The notes under the pieces: generated by a model | Told to the model about the DNA's origin: nothing | Database searches by the model: none | What the model saw: only the letters and a program-made list of their open reading frames with translations | In this document: positions 27,232 through 32,000 of the stretch, piece after piece | Layout of the letters: every line of letters begins with the position of its first letter | Position numbering within the stretch: position 1 is the stretch's first letter | DNA from: Methylorubrum extorquens | Lineage (GTDB): Bacteria; Pseudomonadota; Alphaproteobacteria; Rhizobiales; Beijerinckiaceae | Length of the DNA: 32,000 nucleotides | Direction of reading: 5' to 3' | Assembly: GCA_900234795.1 (NCBI GenBank) | Contig: LT962688.1 | Span: 3,360,001-3,392,000 of the forward strand | Program-made: the position numbers and the translations under genes

Positions 27232-28119
27232 TCAGCGCCCGTCGGCCTGACGCCGGGTGATGAGGGTCCGGTTCGGCTCGGCCTCGGCCTTGTTCTGAAG
27301 GAACGGGACGATGATGCGCAGCCAGCCGCGGGTTTCCTTGCCGCCGTAATTGCGCTCGGCCACGTCGCGGGTGACGTAGCTCTGCACGTTCATGAAGCCG
27401 AAATTGTAGCCGACGAGGCCGCCGACCGCGATCTGTCCCTGCTGCCGGTAGCCGACGACGTTGGTCGTGAGATCGACCGAGCCGAAGGCCACGGGGCCGA
27501 CCTGCCACTTGCCGAACTTCTTGGTCACGGTGAGGTCGAGGTTGAGGTAGTCGGGATAGAGCACGCCGTTGGGCGAGCGCGGCTCCAGGATGTGGCCGTA
27601 GAGCAGGTTGCCCGTGATCGCCCAGTCGTTGGCCGCGTAGGTGAGCGCGAAGCGGTGGCTCAGCGAGGGCGACTGGGTCAGGAAGCGGGTGTCCCAGGGA
27701 AGGTAGCCGCCGAGAAGGTAGCTGACGCCGACGCCGGCGCCGAGATCCCAGGCGAGCTGGCCCGCCAGCAGGGGCTGACCCCAGCCGCTGTTGTAGGGGT
27801 TGCCGCGCACGCTGGAGGCGGCGATGGGCGCGACGAAGACGAACTGCACCTGCCCGCCGAGAACGGAGAAGGGCGTCGCCCACAGGAGGGTCGGCAGGTT
27901 GATGTTGCTCTCGGAATCGAGCGGCGAGGTCTCGCGCACGCCGAAGCTCGAGAGGTTCACGGCGTAGAACCCCTTCGGGAACGGCGCACCGAACGGCACG
28001 CCGACGGTCTGGCCGGGCTGCGCGGCAGAGCCGGCATGGGCGGCGATGCCGCCGAGGCCCCACGCGGTGGCAGTGAGGGCGAGCCCGAGACGGGCGATGA
28101 CGGCTGCTCGATGTTTCAC
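27232..28119 (-). CDS. Outer-membrane beta-barrel 'transporter' protein (MetA-pathway-of-phenol-degradation-like family)
   Basis: Signal peptide (LGLALTATAWGLGGIAAHA), alternating aromatic/Gly beta-strand pattern, many Y/W/G/N. Motifs FYAVNL...PTLLW.TP and YVTRDV..RN resemble that OMP family. GTG start with GGAGAG Shine-Dalgarno. Confidence 0.7.
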   Translation of the reverse strand: MKHRAAVIARLGLALTATAWGLGGIAAHAGSAAQPGQTVGVPFGAPFPKGFYAVNLSSFGVRETSPLDSESNINLPTLLWATPFSVLGGQVQFVFVAPIAASSVRGNPYNSGWGQPLLAGQLAWDLGAGVGVSYLLGGYLPWDTRFLTQSPSLSHRFALTYAANDWAITGNLLYGHILEPRSPNGVLYPDYLNLDLTVTKKFGKWQVGPVAFGSVDLTTNVVGYRQQGQIAVGGLVGYNFGFMNVQSYVTRDVAERNYGGKETRGWLRIIVPFLQNKAEAEPNRTLITRRQADGR

Positions 28120-28360
28120 CGGTGTCCACTCTCCATCAAGAACGAAGCGATCATTTGATGGTTTTGTTTTAATCCGCTTCCGTTCATTTTATCGACGGTC
28201 GAGTGGCCGCTTTTATTGCCGCCTCAATTCCAGAAACCTCCAGCGTTGCACCAAAGTCACAGCTCGTCTTGGCTGACCTTACAAGTGACTGACAAAACTT
28301 CGCTTTGTCTCCGACTCCTACTTTCACAGCGGAGACGGCACGGGCGTTCGCGAAACGCCT

Positions 28361-29185
28361 TCAACGCCGCGCGTGGCGCGCGCCGCGCTCCATCAGCGGC
28401 AAGAGGAAGAACCCGGCGGCGAAGCCGCCGAGATGCGCGTCCCAGGCGATCGGCCCTTCGCTGCCCCCAAGCGGCAGAGCTAGGACGCCGAACAGCAGGT
28501 TGGTGACGAACCAGACCCCGAGGAACAGCACCGCCGGGCGGTTGCGCAGCAATTCCGGGATCGTCTGCAGCGTCGGCCGCGGCGGCAATTGCCAGGGTGC
28601 CCCGGCGACGAAGGGCGGCGGAGGCTGGAACACGAAGCGGGCCGCCGCCGCCATGAGGGCCGAGATGCCGGCCGAGGCGCCGACCAGCGGCATCAGGCTG
28701 TAGGGATCGACGAAGAGGTGGACCAGGGCACCGACGACGACGCCGGCGAGCGCCAGCAGGCCGTAGCGCAGGACCCCGTAGCGACGCGCGACCGGGGTGC
28801 CGAAGACGGCGAGCCACACCGCGTTGAAGATGAGGTGCACCCACGAGCCGTGCAGCAGGGCGTAGGTCGCGCCGGTCCAGGGCATCGCCGACGGCTCGGC
28901 GACGAGGTAGCGGGCGAATTCCTGCCGCGCCGTGGCGATGTCGGGCCTGCCCGCCCCCTTCCCCGCCGCCCGGACGATCTCGGCCGCGGATGCGGGATCG
29001 AACGCGGCGGTCCAGCGGGCGGGAATGAAGGCGAGGTTGAGGAGCACCGACAGGTCGAGTTCATCCGGCAGGACGGTGCGGACGACGTGGATCGCGGCCA
29101 GAACCGCGATCGAGACCGTGACGACTCTCGGCAGGTTGAAGACGGGAACGCGGCCCTGGTGCGGCAGGTCGGGAGAAGCATCCAT
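28361..29185 (-). CDS. Rhomboid-family intramembrane serine protease
   Basis: HGSWVHLIFN (TM2 motif), catalytic GASAGISALM (G-x-S-x-G) and AHLGGFAAGFF (catalytic His). Six or seven TM helices. ATG 29185 is preferred. Confidence 0.85.
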   Translation of the reverse strand: MDASPDLPHQGRVPVFNLPRVVTVSIAVLAAIHVVRTVLPDELDLSVLLNLAFIPARWTAAFDPASAAEIVRAAGKGAGRPDIATARQEFARYLVAEPSAMPWTGATYALLHGSWVHLIFNAVWLAVFGTPVARRYGVLRYGLLALAGVVVGALVHLFVDPYSLMPLVGASAGISALMAAAARFVFQPPPPFVAGAPWQLPPRPTLQTIPELLRNRPAVLFLGVWFVTNLLFGVLALPLGGSEGPIAWDAHLGGFAAGFFLLPLMERGARHARR

Positions 29186-29413
29186 GCCGCACCATGTCGG
29201 GGGGAGGTGCGGCGCCGCAAGGTCCAATCGGCACAGGTTCGGTCAATTGCCGCCGAATTCGTAAATTGCCCGTTAAGGTTAAGGATGGGTTGAGCGAGCG
29301 TGCCGGGATGCGACGGCATAGGGTGTGCGGACGAGGACCACGAACGGCGCACGGTGACGCGTTTCGTCCCGTGCCGACCGAAAACCGAGCCCGTTTCAAA
29401 CCGGGCCGTACCG

Positions 29414-30046
29414 ATGCGGAACATCATGAAGCATCCGACCAGCCGTCAGCTTCACACCTACTGGGACCGGCTGCGCGGAGAGCGGTCCGCGCCCGAGCGC
29501 GGTGAGATCGAGCCCGGCGAAATCCGCAATCTGCTCGCCGACAGCTTCATTCTGGAAACCGATCCGGCGCGGCGGTCGAGCGCGGTGCGCCTGGCCGGCA
29601 CCCGCCTGTGCGCCCTGTTCGGGCGCGAATTGCGCGGAAGCTCCTTCGGCGATCTGTGGGGTGAGCGGCCGCCGGCCTTCTCCGATCCGTGGCAACTCGT
29701 CGAAACCGTCACCGGCGATACGGTGGGCGTGGTGGCGGGGCTCACCGGCTTCACCGCGCGGGACGAGACCCTCGATCTCGAACTCCTGCTCCTGCCCTTG
29801 CGCCACCGCGGCAAGACCCAGGCCCGCATTCTCGGCGCCCTCAGCCCTCATTGCATCCCGACCTGGCTCGGCAGCCGCCCGATCCTGCGGCTCGAGGCGG
29901 TCTCCCTACGGGTGCTGGAAACGGTCGCGCCGGAGCCCGCCGCGATGCGAACCTTCGTGGACGCCCTGCCCGAGCCCGCCAACGATGCGCGCCCCGTCCG
30001 CTTCGGCCACCTGCTGGTTCACGAGGGCGGGCGCAGCAACGCCTGA
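29414..30046 (+). CDS. PAS_5 (DUF1457-type) PAS domain-containing protein
   Basis: L..YW..LRG.R..P.R..I.P..I...L...F.LE is the typical N-terminus of the alphaproteobacterial PAS_5 family. No TM helix or output domain. Start is ATG 29414 or 29426. Confidence 0.68.
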   Translation: MRNIMKHPTSRQLHTYWDRLRGERSAPERGEIEPGEIRNLLADSFILETDPARRSSAVRLAGTRLCALFGRELRGSSFGDLWGERPPAFSDPWQLVETVTGDTVGVVAGLTGFTARDETLDLELLLLPLRHRGKTQARILGALSPHCIPTWLGSRPILRLEAVSLRVLETVAPEPAAMRTFVDALPEPANDARPVRFGHLLVHEGGRSNA

Positions 30047-30254
30047 CCATGCGCGGCGCGGGGCCTCGTCCCGGGCAGCGTGCCGGCCTGCCCGGACGTA
30101 CGGCGCGGTACGACCGCGCTCGATGGAGCCCGTCCGCGTCGCCCCATCCCGCTTTCGTGACCCGCTCACGATTCAAGTTCGGCGTGTCTGCAAGCCTTTT
30201 GTAACCGCAGCGCGGCTATTGATTCGGTTGTGACATCGAGACTGCCGAGCTGAC

Positions 30255-30878
30255 ATGACCGAGCTTTCCCGATCCGGGATGGCCCCCACCCTGTCCGACT
30301 ACGCCGCCGAGCAGCGCCGGCACCAGCGGGTGCGCGCGACTCTGCTCGGTCGCTACATGCTGGCGGACCGGCGCGAATATCCGTGCCAGACGGTGGACAT
30401 GTCCCCCGGCGGCGTCCGCCTGACCTGCGCCGTGATCGGCGCGCTCAACGAACGCGTGGTGCTGTATCTCGAACAGATCGGCCGTCTCGAAGGGGTGATC
30501 GTCCGCCACCCGCCGCGGGGTTTTGCCATGCGGATCAACGCGACGCCGCGCAAGCGCGACAAGATCGCGTCCCAGCTCATGTGGCTCGCCAACCGCGAGA
30601 GCCTCGGCCTGCCGGAGGGCCGGACCAACGAGCGCCTCGTGCCGAACCAGCCCGGCGTGACCCTGCGCCTGGAGAGCGGCCGGTTCATCGCCGCCCGGAT
30701 CATCGACATCTCGATGTCGGGCGTGGCGCTCGCGACCGCCTCGTCGCCGCCGATCGGCGCGCACATCCTGGTCGGCTCCACACCGGGGCGGGTGGTGCGC
30801 TACTTCGAGGGCGGCATCGGCGCCCAGTTCATGCTGCCGATCTCGCCCGACCGATTTCACGAGGGCATCACGCTCTGA
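30255..30878 (+). CDS. Tandem PilZ-domain protein (predicted c-di-GMP receptor)
   Basis: Domain 1 has RRHQR (RxxxR) and DMSPGG (DxSxxG). Domain 2 has RTNER (RxxxR) and DISMSG (DxSxxG). No TM segment. Confidence 0.85.
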   Translation: MTELSRSGMAPTLSDYAAEQRRHQRVRATLLGRYMLADRREYPCQTVDMSPGGVRLTCAVIGALNERVVLYLEQIGRLEGVIVRHPPRGFAMRINATPRKRDKIASQLMWLANRESLGLPEGRTNERLVPNQPGVTLRLESGRFIAARIIDISMSGVALATASSPPIGAHILVGSTPGRVVRYFEGGIGAQFMLPISPDRFHEGITL

Positions 30879-31347
30879 CGTGACGGGGGCGCCCCCATCG
30901 AAGCCCTTTCCGGACCGACACCCCCATCGCGCAAGCTAGCTCCTGAACGGAGTTTTTCGCCGCGTGCGGTCCGAGGTCTGAGGATCGCCGGCCCGGGCCA
31001 AGGCGCGCGGCTGATCCTGCTCTCCCCAGCCGCCCCCCTCATCCGGATCATCCCAAGACACGTCCTGTCCGCAGCCGAGCGGCGGAGCCGGCAGCATGAC
31101 CTGCCCTCCGTCGCGCAACCGCGGAGCGCGCTGACTGGTGCGCCCGCGGTCCCGTCGGGCGGCGGCAGTCAGGGTTTCCCGGCCCCTAACGCGATCCCCC
31201 GCATTTGCCGCGGATCCGTGAGCCGCAATTCGCCCTCGCGCAGGAGCGGATCGTTGCCGGGGCGAATCGATAAAATTGCGCGGATCGGCTTCAGCGCGGC
31301 GGAGGAGGTGCGGCGACATCCTGGCCTCGTTCGAAGGAAACGCCACG

Positions 31348-32000
31348 ATGCGCACCACCGGGACGGGTCATTTCAAGTCGGGTCTCCAGATGGGGATGCT
31401 GGCGCTTCTGGCCCTCTGCGTCGGCTTCATCGGCGGCGCCGAGGCGCAGACGACCACCCAGATGGCCGCCCTGCCCGCGACGACCGTCGGCCTCACCCCC
31501 GGCGCGGCGGCCAAGCCGATCCTGGCCTGGACCGAGTTCTGCCAGTCCTATCCGGCGGAATGCGCCTTCGACCGGGACGAGCCCGCCCGGATCGCCCTCA
31601 CCCCCGCCGTCTGGTCGAGCATCGTTTCGGTCAACCGTCGCGTGAACCGGACGATCGAGCCCATCACCGATCAGGATCATTGGGGCCGCCCCGACCGCTG
31701 GGATCTCGCCGAGGACGGCGCGGGCGATTGCGAGGACTTCCAGCTCCTCAAGCGCCGGATGCTCGCCGCGGCCGGCCTGCCGCGCCGGGCGATGCGGATG
31801 ACGGTGGTGATCGACGAGAAGGGCGAGGGCCATGCCGTGCTCACCCTCATCACCGACCGCGGCGACTACATCCTCGACAACAAGACCAACGCGGTGATGC
31901 CCTGGCACGAGACCGGCTACGTCTTCATCAAGCGCGAGGGCCAGGACGCCCTGGCATGGGTTTCGCTCGGCGGGGCCAGCTCGCCGGTCACCACGGCGAA
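31348..32000 (+). CDS. Secreted transglutaminase-like cysteine peptidase (BTLCP / LapG family); 3' end outside the window
   Basis: Not in the ORF track because there is no stop in the window. Translated by hand: MRTTGTGHFKSGLQMGMLALLALCVGFIGGAEAQ (signal peptide) ...WTEFCQSYPAEC...DHWGRPDRWD...GAGDCEDFQLLKRRML (Cys) ...GEGHAVL (His) ...ILDNK (Asp). AAGGA Shine-Dalgarno 10 nt before the ATG. Confidence 0.85.
   Translation, partial: MRTTGTGHFKSGLQMGMLALLALCVGFIGGAEAQTTTQMAALPATTVGLTPGAAAKPILAWTEFCQSYPAECAFDRDEPARIALTPAVWSSIVSVNRRVNRTIEPITDQDHWGRPDRWDLAEDGAGDCEDFQLLKRRMLAAAGLPRRAMRMTVVIDEKGEGHAVLTLITDRGDYILDNKTNAVMPWHETGYVFIKREGQDALAWVSLGGASSPVTTA

Noticed and set aside
26891-27260. Plus-strand ORFs (119 aa and 98 aa) and a 72-aa minus-strand ORF in the CBS/OMP intergenic region
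   Set aside because: No family resemblance, poor start contexts, and they span an AT-rich promoter-like patch. The region is treated as non-coding leader/promoter.
30883-30896. gggggcgccccc palindrome just after the PilZ stop as a terminator
   Set aside because: It is a 12-nt perfect palindrome with no loop and no T tract, so it is not a convincing intrinsic terminator.
30936-31358. 140-aa minus-strand ORF (and its 54-aa sub-ORF from 31098) in the 470-bp gap between the PilZ and BTLCP genes
   Set aside because: The composition is Arg/Gly/Asp-rich. By hand count the third-position G/C bias is weaker than I would expect for real genes in DNA this G+C-rich. There is no Shine-Dalgarno, and it overlaps the BTLCP start region. 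I cannot exclude a small protein, but there is no positive evidence.

Overview
Very G+C-rich chromosomal segment (about 70% by eye, not computed). Gene content and synteny fit an alphaproteobacterium of the Hyphomicrobiales/Rhizobiales, most like Methylobacterium/Methylorubrum; this is a guess from gene order and repeat types, since no search was possible. I support about 29 protein genes, almost all housekeeping. On the + strand at the left: ctpA (5'-truncated), a YibQ-type divergent polysaccharide deacetylase, an MCP chemoreceptor, rppH, a DUF2939 protein and kup. Next, mostly on the - strand, come a small secreted protein, an unassigned 263-aa protein, a 12-repeat Sel1 protein and a Pr6Pr membrane protein (+). 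The conserved - strand block rsuA, RsmC-like methyltransferase, era, rnc, lepB, acpS, pdxJ follows. After that: an orphan membrane histidine kinase, an FtsX-type ABC permease, a BI-1/YbhL-family protein, yidD, an IscU/NifU-like scaffold, folE, hisI, a patatin-like lipase, a CBS-pair protein, an outer-membrane beta-barrel, a rhomboid protease, and finally a PAS_5 protein, a tandem-PilZ protein and a secreted BTLCP cysteine peptidase (3'-truncated, absent from the ORF track). I found no rRNA, tRNA, CRISPR array, transposase, integrase or phage genes, and no recognisable defence island, so this is mostly an ordinary core region. Five things deserve a second look. (1) The PAS_5 / PilZ-PilZ / BTLCP neighbourhood could be a c-di-GMP-linked periplasmic protease module with no LapD-type receptor. 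(2) lepB and acpS each carry a single-base insertion in a C5 run within the same CCCCCTCG octamer; these are either real pseudogenes of two normally essential genes or, more likely, consensus errors. (3) A ~107-bp MITE/REP-like element occurs twice, in the kup leader and overlapping the Sel1 gene stop. (4) A ~110-bp long-palindrome element lies between era and the methyltransferase gene. (5) The BI-1/ybhL-family gene has a structured leader that may be the ybhL RNA motif. The many long reverse-strand and off-frame ORFs in the track are high-GC shadow ORFs.
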